Source: a virus. From it: a DNA stretch of 64,000 nt. Location of the stretch: the IMG/VR virus record IMGVR_UViG_3300017714_002439; one strand, given 5' to 3'. Numbering within the stretch: the stretch's first letter is position 1; each line of letters opens with the position of its first letter. A program made the position numbers and the translations under genes. Below the pieces are notes generated by a model. It was not told where the DNA came from. It made no database searches and saw nothing but the letters and a program-made list of their open reading frames with translations. Shown here piece by piece: positions 26,892-36,997 of this stretch.

Positions 26892-29534
26892 ATGGCAATT
26901 GTTATCGATGCGCCGAAGTTACTGCCCATAAGGATAACAACGTTAACGTCGAAAGATGTTAAAAATGGTTACGTTTATACCTATAATGCAGAAATTGATG
27001 TAACAGCTCAGTTACACAGCGGAACCACAGGTTTCGTTACAAAGCAATATGACGGTAGAGATGTAAGAGTAGGCGATTATGTTGCTACTACTTCTTCAGG
27101 TAAAATATTAAAAATTATATCCATTACTAACACAGGACCAACACGTGTTGTATGTGTGTTAATGGACGAAGACCAAATGAATGCTGCTGTAGATCCTACA
27201 CAGTTTGGTGAAAGCTCAATAGATAAAGATAATGGTATATTGTTTGCTGTCAAAGAAGGCAAACCATTTATATTTCCATTACCAGATGTATTGCCCGGCG
27301 GGTTAACAAACGAATTTGCAATACAAATATTCTCACGTTTTAACTACGTATCAAAAGAAAGAAACATTAATGTTGAACAACAACCACATACATTTGAGGT
27401 TGGTGAAACAGTATTACTAACAGACACAGGATGGATTCCAGCCACAACTAATCCAACTGGTGTTGTTGTAAAAACAGATGATGACAGTTTTGGTGTAAGA
27501 CTATTTGGTGACAAAACAACAGTTCAACTTCCAGGTGACGTAGGTGACGTTTACTATTGGGATGAAGTTGACAGAATGTTAACTAAGACACCAACTAGTC
27601 CAAACGCAGTAAAATTATTTCAAAAGATAGATTCAAACGAAGCATTACTATTAGGTGGTGTTGGTGGTGGAAGTGGCGGCGGTGGTGCAGGCAACTTTAG
27701 TGGCGCCTTTAATGACCTTACAAATTTACCAAGCACACTTGCAGGTTATGGAATTACAGATGCAGTTATTAGTCCAGCAGATTATGGACAATTAACAAAT
27801 AAGCCTAACATACCAACTGATGTCAGTGACTTAGCAGATAGCACTAACTTGTTAGGTAGTGGAACACCTTTTAGCGGTGATTACAATGACCTAACAAACA
27901 AGCCAACAATATTCAGTGGAAACTGGAGTGATATTACAGGCACACCAGCTCTATTCAGCGGTAATTACAACGATCTTTACAATAGGCCTACTATACCACA
28001 GGACCTTGGAGATCTCACAAATAACGCAGGATATTTAAAGACTATAACAAGTTCTGATGTTACTACAGCATTAGGCTACACACCACAGAATGCCGCAACA
28101 GCATTTGGTGGAAGTTATACAGACTTAACAAACAAACCAACTATACCAGCAGACGTAAGTGACCTTACTGACAGCAATGGATTATTAGGTGGCGGCGGCG
28201 GAGCAACTACTATTGATGCACTCACTGACGTAGATGTATCAGGTGCTAGTGCAGGACAAGTATTAAAGTATGATGGTAGTAAATGGGTTCCTGCAGCAGA
28301 CGTAACAACAGGCGGTGGTGGAACAGATGCCGATACATTAGATGGACAAGATAGCACATATTTCTTAGATTGGAATAACTTTACAAACAAGCCTACATTA
28401 TTTGATGGACAATATTCAAGTCTAACAGGTTTACCAACATTGTATACAAATGCAGATGTTGATGCACATCTAAATCAAACTAACCCAACAAGTGGATATG
28501 TTCTTTCTTGGAACGGTTCAGATTATGCTTGGGTGGCACAATCAGGCGGCGGCGGTGGAGGTGGTGCTACAGCATTAGGCGGACTAACTGACGTAGTAAA
28601 CACAGCACCTACAAACGGCCAAGTTCTTAAATGGGATAGTGCAAACAGCACATGGGCACCAGCAGATGATGCCACAGCAGGTATTGGTGGTAGTAGCTAT
28701 GCAACTGAAGCCTATGTAGATCAAAAATTAGTAGAACGTGGTCCACACTTTAGTGGTGATTATAATGACTTAACTAATACACCAACATTGTTTAGTGGAA
28801 ACTTTGCAGACTTAAATGGCAAGCCAACTACAATTGCAGGTTATGGAATCACAGACGTTCCAGCAAGTTTAGTAGATCTTGCTATTGCAGATGGTAATGC
28901 AGGGCAAGTATTAACAACAGACGGTAATGGCAACTTTACATTTACAAGTGCAGGTGCCTTTAATGGCGACTATAATGCATTAATTAATAAGCCTAATTTG
29001 TTTAGCGGTGATTATAACGACCTAGCAAATAGACCATATATTCCAAGTATTGCAGGTTTGGCTTCTACTAACTATGTAGACCAAAAAGCAGATTATGGTG
29101 GCAATAAAAACTTCTTAAACAACGTAGAGTTTAGAGATAAAATTAAACAAAAAGCCAGCACAGCAAATACTACAGGCGAACGTGAAAGCCTTGTAATGGC
29201 AATAGAAACAACAGACGATGTTGAAACAGAAGTGCTATTTTCAGACAATACTAAGATAGAAATAGCAGATGGAACTACAGCAATGGTAGAAATGCACATT
29301 GTTGGTTCAAGTTCTATAGGACAATATGGTGTAAAACTACAAGCAATTGTGCATAGAGCAGGAACAAACGTGTTTATTATTGGAAGTCCAGCCAGAGAAA
29401 CATTAGCAGAATACAGCACATGGACAGCTGATTTAGACGTAAATACTACCAGTTTAAAGGTAACAGTAACAGGATCTGCGGCTACAACCGTGGATTGGAC
29501 CGTGTTTACCAACATTTTTTCAGTAATTAGATAA
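26892..29534 (+). CDS. Tail fiber-like protein with about 12 F-S-G-x-Y-N-D-L-x-N-K-P repeats
   Basis: Repeats, poly-Gly hinges and L-x-D-V...GQVLKYDG..W fiber modules. Confidence 0.75.
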   Translation: MAIVIDAPKLLPIRITTLTSKDVKNGYVYTYNAEIDVTAQLHSGTTGFVTKQYDGRDVRVGDYVATTSSGKILKIISITNTGPTRVVCVLMDEDQMNAAVDPTQFGESSIDKDNGILFAVKEGKPFIFPLPDVLPGGLTNEFAIQIFSRFNYVSKERNINVEQQPHTFEVGETVLLTDTGWIPATTNPTGVVVKTDDDSFGVRLFGDKTTVQLPGDVGDVYYWDEVDRMLTKTPTSPNAVKLFQKIDSNEALLLGGVGGGSGGGGAGNFSGAFNDLTNLPSTLAGYGITDAVISPADYGQLTNKPNIPTDVSDLADSTNLLGSGTPFSGDYNDLTNKPTIFSGNWSDITGTPALFSGNYNDLYNRPTIPQDLGDLTNNAGYLKTITSSDVTTALGYTPQNAATAFGGSYTDLTNKPTIPADVSDLTDSNGLLGGGGGATTIDALTDVDVSGASAGQVLKYDGSKWVPAADVTTGGGGTDADTLDGQDSTYFLDWNNFTNKPTLFDGQYSSLTGLPTLYTNADVDAHLNQTNPTSGYVLSWNGSDYAWVAQSGGGGGGGATALGGLTDVVNTAPTNGQVLKWDSANSTWAPADDATAGIGGSSYATEAYVDQKLVERGPHFSGDYNDLTNTPTLFSGNFADLNGKPTTIAGYGITDVPASLVDLAIADGNAGQVLTTDGNGNFTFTSAGAFNGDYNALINKPNLFSGDYNDLANRPYIPSIAGLASTNYVDQKADYGGNKNFLNNVEFRDKIKQKASTANTTGERESLVMAIETTDDVETEVLFSDNTKIEIADGTTAMVEMHIVGSSSIGQYGVKLQAIVHRAGTNVFIIGSPARETLAEYSTWTADLDVNTTSLKVTVTGSAATTVDWTVFTNIFSVIR

Positions 29535-29587
29535 ATACATTTAGCACATTAAAGTGCAGAAAATATACATTTTTAGGAGAAATTAAA

Positions 29588-29890
29588 ATGGCAACAAGAA
29601 ACCCAGCAAACGTAATTGAATTCGGTAAATTCAACTATGGCGCAACAATGACATCATGGACTATCACAGCAGACGCTGATATCTCAGGTGAAGTAAACCC
29701 AGGCGAAGAAATGGAAAAAGTAATGGAAACATTAACTCAACACGGAACTTTCGTTGGTTTATCTGATCACGCAACAGGCGGAACAGTATTCACAGTAGTA
29801 TTAGAAAACAGCTCATGGGCAGACGCAGCGGCAGTTCAAGCAGCTCTTAGAGCACTTGGCGGTAACTTTTCTACTTCAACAGTAGCGTAA
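29588..29890 (+). CDS. Probable abundant late/virion protein
   Basis: ATAAATA at 29531-29537, AGGAGA SD, own terminator. Confidence 0.7.
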   Translation: MATRNPANVIEFGKFNYGATMTSWTITADADISGEVNPGEEMEKVMETLTQHGTFVGLSDHATGGTVFTVVLENSSWADAAAVQAALRALGGNFSTSTVA

Positions 29891-29916
29891 GTAACACGAG
29901 TTTATTATTATAAAGA

Positions 29917-29943
29917 AAACCCAGTTCTCGGACTGGGTTTTTT
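29917..29943 (+). terminator. Rho-independent terminator
   Basis: AAACCCAGT-tctcgg-ACTGGGTTT followed by T tract. Confidence 0.85.
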
Positions 29944-29996
29944 TATGACTAATCTATTAGATAGATAAATACATATAATAGAAACAGGAGTTAAAG

Positions 29997-30320
29997 ATGG
30001 CAACAAAACGTAAATATAATAATCCATTACACGATATTAATAACGATGGTAAATTAAGCAAATGGGAAATATTTCCATATTGGTTCGATAAGTTGCGTGT
30101 ATTCCCACGTGCATTTATCAGTATATACATTTATATGTTTTATAACGTTGTAGAATGGTTTATGGCATTACCAGAACCAAACAATGCACAAGCAGGTCTT
30201 GTAAGTATTGTTGTTGGTGCAGGTGCGGCATGGTTTGGACTTTATGTAAATAGTGGAAGTAAGACTGTGGTGAAGCCATCAATGAGTTCAAAACATTATG
30301 AAGATGACGAGGATCTCTAA
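29997..30320 (+). CDS. Two-TM membrane protein
   Basis: WFDKLRVFPR followed by two hydrophobic helices. Confidence 0.75.
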   Translation: MATKRKYNNPLHDINNDGKLSKWEIFPYWFDKLRVFPRAFISIYIYMFYNVVEWFMALPEPNNAQAGLVSIVVGAGAAWFGLYVNSGSKTVVKPSMSSKHYEDDEDL

Positions 30321-30321
30321 T

Positions 30322-30519
30322 ATGATTAAGAATTTAAAAGATTTAATAATTGTTGTATTAGTTGCAGGCGTGTTAGCACTACTAGGATTAATAATTGTAG
30401 GTGACTACTATGTAGCATTACAAGAAAACAGACCAGTAGACGAAAGTGTTATTACATTAATGAAAATGGCACTTACAGGACTAATAGGTATTATTGCAGG
30501 ATACATAGGAAGTAAATAA
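30322..30519 (+). CDS. Small two-TM membrane protein (start revised to 30322)
   Basis: Two hydrophobic segments. Confidence 0.7.
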   Translation: MIKNLKDLIIVVLVAGVLALLGLIIVGDYYVALQENRPVDESVITLMKMALTGLIGIIAGYIGSK

Positions 30520-31061
30520 TGTTTCAACATCACATCATATTAGCAACACCAGAAATGTTACAATCAGAACTTGTTCACAAGTGGTATGAATTTGTAAAAG
30601 ATTATGGACCAGAAGGAATTGTATCTCCGTATACAACTGTTGACGGTGATGTTGCAATAGAATATGGAATACGTGAAAGCGAAATGCCACATTGTTATAT
30701 TATTCCATTATATCGAGATTTAACTACAGATGAAACACAATTTATTGTGGCAACATGGGAACATGTATACCCAGGAGATTTTGATATTGAAATCTCAAAT
30801 ATGTATGATGTTAATAGAGATTACGAATATGATATTAACGAAGAATTTGAAGAACGTGCAAGACACGATATGAAAAAATGGCATCACAACCGTTGGGTTG
30901 TAGAAATGTCAAACACTGGATGGAATTGGGGAACTTCATTTAGTGAATCAAAGAAAACACACCCAGCATTGCGTGATTGGGATAGCCTTCCAGAATCACA
31001 TAGACGCAGTCCAAATTTCAATCAAAAAGAAATTACTGAATGGCTACGCAACCTAATTTAG
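30519..31061 (+). CDS. RyR-domain-containing protein
   Basis: WHHNRWVVEMSNTGWNWG...KKTHPALRDWDSLPE matches the RyR repeat pattern H-x-x-W...GW-x-x-G...HP-x-L. Confidence 0.7.
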   Translation: MFQHHIILATPEMLQSELVHKWYEFVKDYGPEGIVSPYTTVDGDVAIEYGIRESEMPHCYIIPLYRDLTTDETQFIVATWEHVYPGDFDIEISNMYDVNRDYEYDINEEFEERARHDMKKWHHNRWVVEMSNTGWNWGTSFSESKKTHPALRDWDSLPESHRRSPNFNQKEITEWLRNLI

Positions 31062-31119
31062 GTTGACACCTTACCCACATTATTATATAATAAAGACTAT
31101 TAACCTATAGGAGACTCTG

Positions 31120-32463
31120 ATGAGCAAAGCATTAATACTTCTTTCTAGCAATAAGAATGAAGTTAAAAAATTAGGCCTGGCAAAACATGTCGCACTAATT
31201 GACAAAGACGTAGATGTTGCATTTGCAAACAAAGACTACGATTACATTACACTAATTAATAAAGCACCAACAACACCACAAGAAGCACGTGATATTGGTG
31301 GAAATATGTTTAAGAAGTATAAATCAAAAGCAACAGAAATTGTTTTTAATCTTCCTAGATTGAATGATGTTAAAGAAGGTGCAGCATTGGCATCATATGA
31401 GTTTACCAAATATAAAACAAAGCCTGAAGAAAACACACTACAAGTAGAAGATGCAGGCATTAGTGCAAGTGTTCATTTTGCACGTGATTTAGTTACAGAA
31501 CCAGGTAATGCATTATATCCTGAAAAATATGCAGATCTTATTAATGAAACACTTACACCACATGGTGTCAAAGTTCGTGTAATTTATCAACGTGAATTAG
31601 AACGTATTGGTATGGATATGTTACTAAGTGTAGGACAAGGTAGTGAGAATAACAGTGCGGTTGTTGTAATGGAATGGATGCATGGGTCAAAAGACGAACC
31701 ACCAATTGCATTAGTAGGTAAAGGCGTTACATTTGACACAGGTGGTATTAGTTTAAAGCCAGGGCGTAACATGGGTGATATGAAATACGACATGGGCGGT
31801 AGTGCCGCAGTTGTAGGAGCCATGCATGCTATTGCTGATAAGAAACTAAAGAAAAACGTAGTTGGTATTGTAGGTTTAGTAGAGAATATGCCAGACGGTA
31901 AAGCAATTAAACCAGGTGACGTTGTTAGATCACTAAGTGGACAATATGTTGAAAACCTAAACACAGATGCAGAAGGTAGACTTGTGCTAGGTGATATTCT
32001 AACATATGTGCAAAGTGAATACAAGCCGGGTGCTATTATTGATCTTGCTACACTAACAGGAGCCATTGTTGCAACACTAGGTAACGAAATGGCAGGACTG
32101 TTTACCAACAGTGGTGCTTTAGAACAAGCAATTATTACCAATGGCGAACTAGGTGGAGAAGGTTTTTATCGTATGCCAATGGGCAAAAACTGGGCTAAGA
32201 TGATTGACAGTGAAATTGCAGACTTTCAAAACATTGGTGGACCATATGGAGGTTCAACTACTGCCGCTGAATTCTTATACAAGTTTGTAGACAAGAAAAC
32301 AGCATGGGCTCATTTAGACATTGCAGGTATGTGTTGGTCTAAAAGTGGAAATGCAACAACACCAAAAGGTGCAGTTGGGTTTGGCGTAAAAACATTATTC
32401 AACATTGTAGAAAACACAGATAGTTTTCAGTGGTTTGCAATAGAAGAAAAAATGTCATATTAA
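31120..32463 (+). CDS. pepA: M17 leucyl aminopeptidase
   Basis: VGKGVTFDTGGISLK, MKYDMGG, NTDAEGRL, DLATLTGA, HLDIAG. Confidence 0.96.
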   Translation: MSKALILLSSNKNEVKKLGLAKHVALIDKDVDVAFANKDYDYITLINKAPTTPQEARDIGGNMFKKYKSKATEIVFNLPRLNDVKEGAALASYEFTKYKTKPEENTLQVEDAGISASVHFARDLVTEPGNALYPEKYADLINETLTPHGVKVRVIYQRELERIGMDMLLSVGQGSENNSAVVVMEWMHGSKDEPPIALVGKGVTFDTGGISLKPGRNMGDMKYDMGGSAAVVGAMHAIADKKLKKNVVGIVGLVENMPDGKAIKPGDVVRSLSGQYVENLNTDAEGRLVLGDILTYVQSEYKPGAIIDLATLTGAIVATLGNEMAGLFTNSGALEQAIITNGELGGEGFYRMPMGKNWAKMIDSEIADFQNIGGPYGGSTTAAEFLYKFVDKKTAWAHLDIAGMCWSKSGNATTPKGAVGFGVKTLFNIVENTDSFQWFAIEEKMSY

Positions 32464-32465
32464 GG

Positions 32466-32494
32466 TTGACAACCAAGATATCTTAGTGTATATT
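32466..32494 (+). promoter_or_regulatory. sigma70-type early promoter with palindromic spacer
   Basis: TTGACA-ACCAAGATATCTTAGTG-TATATT; ATG at 32501 with no SD (possibly leaderless). Confidence 0.75.
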
Positions 32495-32500
32495 TAATTT

Positions 32501-32746
32501 ATGAAAATAAGATACTATCAAAAAATAGACGGCTGGCGTTGGATAGGATTTATACTAGCAATGGTAGGTGCGTTTATTCTTAGTAGCGGTGACCCAGATA
32601 GACAATGGATGGGTTGGGCAGTAGCTATATTTTCATGTAGTATTTGGATATACATGGGTATAAAAGATAAAGATATACCACGAGCTTTAATGGAACTTAT
32701 GTATATGTTATTGGCAATACGTGGTATTTGGAATTGGTTACAATGA
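32501..32746 (+). CDS. Small three-TM membrane protein
   Basis: Three hydrophobic helices. Confidence 0.75.
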   Translation: MKIRYYQKIDGWRWIGFILAMVGAFILSSGDPDRQWMGWAVAIFSCSIWIYMGIKDKDIPRALMELMYMLLAIRGIWNWLQ

Positions 32747-33192
32747 AAATTGAATATGATAAAAACTATGAGTTCAACACTAAAGTAACATTTGGAAATC
32801 TTCCTGCTTCAGTATGTGAAGAAGTTCTCAAAGATGGGCGTTTAGCAAGTCACTTTTTAGAACGTCAATTAGAAGTATGGTTTCCAGACCTTACATTTGT
32901 AAATGCAAGGGGATATGATCATATTCGTAAAGGTTCTGATATTTTGTATGATCAAAAGTGTTTCACAAAAACATCAGGGTTAAAATTTGCTCCTAGTAAA
33001 ATGTTAGGTGGTGGACGCAAGATAGATATTAAAGAAGCACATGCACATGCAAATACTATTGATTATATTGCATGTGATATTGTTGATTTTCCTAAGGTAG
33101 TTGTTCGCTTTGTAAAAGGAAGTAATCTAGTTAAAAAATACCCAAGTTGTCTAGTTAAAGTTAAGCAGCGAGCAGAATTCTTCGATTATTAA
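32743..33192 (+). CDS. Hypothetical protein, possible PD-(D/E)XK nuclease (start revised to 32743)
   Basis: GYDHI...ILYDQKCF pattern. Confidence 0.45.
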   Translation: MKIEYDKNYEFNTKVTFGNLPASVCEEVLKDGRLASHFLERQLEVWFPDLTFVNARGYDHIRKGSDILYDQKCFTKTSGLKFAPSKMLGGGRKIDIKEAHAHANTIDYIACDIVDFPKVVVRFVKGSNLVKKYPSCLVKVKQRAEFFDY

Positions 33193-33216
33193 CCAAAAAA
33201 AAATTAAAAAAGATAC

Positions 33217-33245
33217 AAAACCCTTGTTTTACAAGGGTTTTTTTA
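33217..33245 (+). terminator. Terminator, part of a duplicated intergenic cassette
   Basis: AAAACCCTTG-tttta-CAAGGGTTTT followed by T tract. Confidence 0.8.
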
Positions 33246-33268
33246 TGAACTTTTTTTGCACAAAAGGT

Positions 33269-33297
33269 TGACAACCAAGACATCTTACTGTATACTG
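33269..33297 (+). promoter_or_regulatory. sigma70-type early promoter with palindromic spacer
   Basis: TTGACA-ACCAAGACATCTTACTG-TATACT. Confidence 0.85.
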
Positions 33298-33331
33298 TAA
33301 GTATAGTTAATAAAAAAAGGAGTTAACAAAG

Positions 33332-33751
33332 ATGGCATATATTAAAACAAACGAAGTAGCAGAAATTAGAAAAGCACTAAAAGAGAAGTTTGGTAAATCA
33401 CTAAAATTTAGTGTAAGACGACAGCACTATTCAAGTGTTGATGTTTCAATTGTATCCGGTGATGTTGACTTTTATGATGGAAGTATGGATAGCACAGACA
33501 AATATAATGGCAAGGTTTATAAGTTTGATGGGCATTCACAAATTAATGAATACCATACTCATTTTTATGGTAAACACGAACAGTTATTTACAGACATTGT
33601 TAAAATTATGAAGACTGCTCCTGCTTTAGCAGAAGGTGGTAGAGCTTGGTATGATAATTCAGATGCAATGACTGACTATTTTGATACTGCTTATTACACT
33701 CATGTTAGTGTTGGTAAGTGGAATAAACCTTATAGTTACACAGGAGCGTAA
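33332..33751 (+). CDS. Early protein, LPD29-like
   Basis: IRKALKEKFG..LKFSVR..YSSVDVSI. Confidence 0.55.
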   Translation: MAYIKTNEVAEIRKALKEKFGKSLKFSVRRQHYSSVDVSIVSGDVDFYDGSMDSTDKYNGKVYKFDGHSQINEYHTHFYGKHEQLFTDIVKIMKTAPALAEGGRAWYDNSDAMTDYFDTAYYTHVSVGKWNKPYSYTGA

Positions 33752-33759
33752 ATAAAAGG

Positions 33760-33788
33760 TTGACAACCAAGACATCTTACTATATACT
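33760..33788 (+). promoter_or_regulatory. sigma70-type early promoter with palindromic spacer
   Basis: TTGACA-ACCAAGACATCTTACTA-TATACT, identical to 8862-8890. Confidence 0.85.
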
Positions 33789-33819
33789 GTAAGTATAAGT
33801 TAACAAAAAGGAGCATAAA

Positions 33820-34209
33820 ATGACACAGTTTGATAAAACAAAATTTAGTTACCACGGTGGATATTTAATGTATAATGGCACATATGAAGGTCAACCTACA
33901 TATGAAGAAGTATATGGTAAGGATAAAATTCATCCTTCACGTATTGGTATGCCAGTAGAACTTTTTATTGCTAGGTTTAAGTATGTGTTCTTTCAAGGTG
34001 CTTTTAAGAACTTTCTAGTTAAAAACTTTACAGTTGAAGAATTTGCTGAAGGTTACAAAGCTGGTAAGTCACCTTTAGGTATGTTAGAGGAAAAAGGTTT
34101 TATGACTCCTCAAGCAAAGAAATTGTGTAAACAAAACGGTATGAAGCCTACACAAGAAAATTATAAAATTTGTATTCATGCCCTAGCAGAAGCAAGGATG
34201 GCAGCTTAA
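33820..34209 (+). CDS. Early hypothetical protein
   Basis: AAGGAG SD. Confidence 0.8.
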   Translation: MTQFDKTKFSYHGGYLMYNGTYEGQPTYEEVYGKDKIHPSRIGMPVELFIARFKYVFFQGAFKNFLVKNFTVEEFAEGYKAGKSPLGMLEEKGFMTPQAKKLCKQNGMKPTQENYKICIHALAEARMAA

Positions 34210-34706
34210 TGAAAGAACTACTCACAGAAATTAAATCACGTAACATTAAAGCCAAAGCCTGGATGGAAGAAAATCCAGGTAGCTGGTCAGGTATGTATCC
34301 TGAAGATGAGGCTTATTGGATTGAACGTGGTATTACTAATCTTGTAGAGCTTGAACGTGATGAGTTAGCAACTTATATTTACGAAGGTCATAAAGATGCT
34401 TATGGCACTAAAGGTCGTCATTATAATTTTGAAGCAATGACTACACAAGATCTTAAAGATGAAGCTGATAGGATTTCTGTAGCAGTTAAAGAACAAATGG
34501 AATTAGAAGCCAAAATGGAAGCAGATGCAGTTTCTAAGTTTGAAGCTTCAGTTAAAGAATACATGAATATGGGTCAAACTCGTAAAGATGCTATTCGTTG
34601 GATATTGCAAGCCGAAGAGCTTGACAATGAAAAAGATGCAGGCTATATTTGTTATAGTCTGGGATTACCATATAGTATGGAAACTGAATTTAAGGAGATA
34701 GCATAA
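34209..34706 (+). CDS. Early hypothetical protein (start revised to 34209)
   Basis: TAATG coupling on both sides. Confidence 0.75.
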   Translation: MKELLTEIKSRNIKAKAWMEENPGSWSGMYPEDEAYWIERGITNLVELERDELATYIYEGHKDAYGTKGRHYNFEAMTTQDLKDEADRISVAVKEQMELEAKMEADAVSKFEASVKEYMNMGQTRKDAIRWILQAEELDNEKDAGYICYSLGLPYSMETEFKEIA

Positions 34707-35815
34707 TGGAAAACATAGTATCGTTACCAACACTTTATAAACGTGACACAAAAGGCAAAGTTCGTGAATGGACAGTGCAATACAGTTTAGATGAAACAGC
34801 TGGTGTTAGAGCTATCAGTGGATTAGTTGATGGACAAAAAGTAACCAGTGAATGGAATATTAGTGAGGCTAAAAATATAGGTAGGGCAAATGCTACTACT
34901 TCTCAGTCACAAGCTAAGAGTGAAGCTGAGTCACTTTGGGCTATTAAGGCAGAAAAAGAATATTTTGAAGATGTTACTAAGATTGATAGTTATGAAAAGT
35001 TTAAGCCAATGCTTGCACATGATTACACTAAGCGTCCACAAGACTCAGGTTACAGTCAACCTAAACTAGATGGTATTCGTTGTGTTGCAGACGCTAACGG
35101 ATTATGGACACGTAGTGGTAAAGCTATTACAAGTTGTCCACATATTTGGGATGCTATTGAACCATTTATTAAAGCACACCCAGGTATCGTTGTTGACGGT
35201 GAACTTTACAATCATGAACTAAAAGCAGACTTTAATAAAATTACAAGTCTTGTTCGTAAAGTAAAAAGCACAGAAGAAGATATAAAAGAATCTGCAAGTC
35301 TTGTGCAATATCATGTTTACGATTGCTATATCAAAGACGCAGTATTTACAGAACGTAATGCACGATTAAAAGCATTAGGTGCCGTATCGTCAGGTTACTT
35401 GCAATATGTTGATACACAGTATTGCAAAGATCAAGATGCATTAGATAGGCTATACAGTGAATATATGGAAGCAGGCTACGAAGGTCAAATGGTGCGTAAC
35501 GATACACCATATGAATGTAAACGTAGTAAGAACTTGCTAAAACGTAAAGAGTTTATCACAGAGGAATTTACAGTAATTCAAATGCTTGAAGGACAAGGAA
35601 ACTGGTCTGGACATGCAAAACGTTTTGTTTTACGTGATAAAGATGGTAAAGAGTTTGGTAGTGGAGTCAGAGGACAACAAGCACAATTAAAAGAATTGTG
35701 GGAATCTAAAAACGCACCAAATTGGGCAACATGTAGATACTTTGAACTTACACCAGATGGTGTTCCACGTTTTCCAGTAATCATTGATTACGGACACGGA
35801 TTAAGAGAAGATTAG
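34706..35815 (+). CDS. ATP-dependent DNA ligase with N-terminal WGR-like domain
   Basis: QPKLDGIRC (KxDG), VVDGELY, YHVYD, YEGQMVR, LLKRK, G.PRFP. Confidence 0.92.
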   Translation: MENIVSLPTLYKRDTKGKVREWTVQYSLDETAGVRAISGLVDGQKVTSEWNISEAKNIGRANATTSQSQAKSEAESLWAIKAEKEYFEDVTKIDSYEKFKPMLAHDYTKRPQDSGYSQPKLDGIRCVADANGLWTRSGKAITSCPHIWDAIEPFIKAHPGIVVDGELYNHELKADFNKITSLVRKVKSTEEDIKESASLVQYHVYDCYIKDAVFTERNARLKALGAVSSGYLQYVDTQYCKDQDALDRLYSEYMEAGYEGQMVRNDTPYECKRSKNLLKRKEFITEEFTVIQMLEGQGNWSGHAKRFVLRDKDGKEFGSGVRGQQAQLKELWESKNAPNWATCRYFELTPDGVPRFPVIIDYGHGLRED

Positions 35816-35886
35816 TAAATTAGACTTGACATCTTCACCTTTTTCTAGTAACATATAACTATAATTAACAAAAGGCTTTTATATCT

Positions 35887-36909
35887 ATGACAATAGGCAA
35901 GGTAGGTTTTGCATGCAAGTATTTGCATCATGATCAGACACAAAAGAAAAAATTGCTAGAAGAAATACAACGTCCTCTTACAGAAAAAAGCACAACTATT
36001 CGTTGGCTTAACAATCAGGCACGTGATGTTGCAGAGCAACGTTTGTATGATATATTGGTGCATAATACACAAGCAGTTTACAATCTTGTAGAGTATGTAG
36101 GTGGCTTACCAGAACATCAACGTATGGTTCGACTAGGTAGCAATCAGCTTCCTGCCGCAACACATCCAGATTGGAAATACTTTTGGCAAATACCAGAAAT
36201 ACGCGACTATGCTGCTAAATATTATAGTCGTGCAGGTGAGCTTGCACGTGAACTAGGTGTGCGTCTTAGTATGCACCCAGGTCAGTTTGTTGTATTAGCA
36301 AGTGATACACCAGAAATAGTAGAACGTAGTATAGAGGAGTTCGAATATCATGCGGATATCATCAGGTGGATGGGCTACGGTAAAGAGTGGCAAGACTTCA
36401 AGTGTAACGTCCACATCTCAGGCAGACAAGGTCCAGCCGGTATCAAAGCCGCACTTCAACGACTGTCTCCAGAAGCACGAAACTGTATTACTATCGAAAA
36501 CGACGAAAACTCGTGGGGCATTGATGCCTCGCTCGAACTTGAGAAGGAGGTAGCATTAGTTGTCGACATACACCATCACTGGGTTCATAGCGCCGGAGAA
36601 TATATTACTCCAGGCGACGACCGTATTAAACGTATCATTGATAGCTGGCGTGGCGTTAGGCCTGCTATGCATTACAGTGTATCTCGCGAAGACATACTTG
36701 TAGGTCATAGCACTACTGAAAAGCCAGATTACAAATCTTTGCTTGATCAGGGGCATAAGAAAGCCAAATTGCGGGCACACAGCGACTTTATGTGGAATAC
36801 TGCCGTTAATGAGTGGGCAGGTAGTTTCCGTAAAGATTTTGACATTATGGTAGAGGCTAAGATGAAGAACTTGGCTAGTATACCTTTTGAGGAGATTACA
36901 AGTGGATAA
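35887..36909 (+). CDS. uvsE: UV-damage endonuclease
   Basis: VRLGS, RLSMHPGQF, NVHISG, IENDE, VDIHHH, HYS, AHSD, IMVEAKMK. Confidence 0.92.
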   Translation: MTIGKVGFACKYLHHDQTQKKKLLEEIQRPLTEKSTTIRWLNNQARDVAEQRLYDILVHNTQAVYNLVEYVGGLPEHQRMVRLGSNQLPAATHPDWKYFWQIPEIRDYAAKYYSRAGELARELGVRLSMHPGQFVVLASDTPEIVERSIEEFEYHADIIRWMGYGKEWQDFKCNVHISGRQGPAGIKAALQRLSPEARNCITIENDENSWGIDASLELEKEVALVVDIHHHWVHSAGEYITPGDDRIKRIIDSWRGVRPAMHYSVSREDILVGHSTTEKPDYKSLLDQGHKKAKLRAHSDFMWNTAVNEWAGSFRKDFDIMVEAKMKNLASIPFEEITSG

Positions 36910-36997
36910 TTGGATGATAATACTTGGCTTAGTTGTATTTTCACTAAGCTATCTATTTTTTGTATATAAATTTTTTGAAGATAAACATGACGAATAA
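36902..36997 (+). CDS. Possible 31-aa membrane peptide
   Basis: GGAG then GTG; hydrophobic core IILGLVVFSLSYLFFV; overlaps both neighbours. Confidence 0.35.
   Translation: MDNWMIILGLVVFSLSYLFFVYKFFEDKHDE

Noticed and set aside
26892-29534. Diversity-generating retroelement target
   Set aside because: No reverse transcriptase in the window and no repeat pair differing only at adenines; repeats are protein-level tandem units
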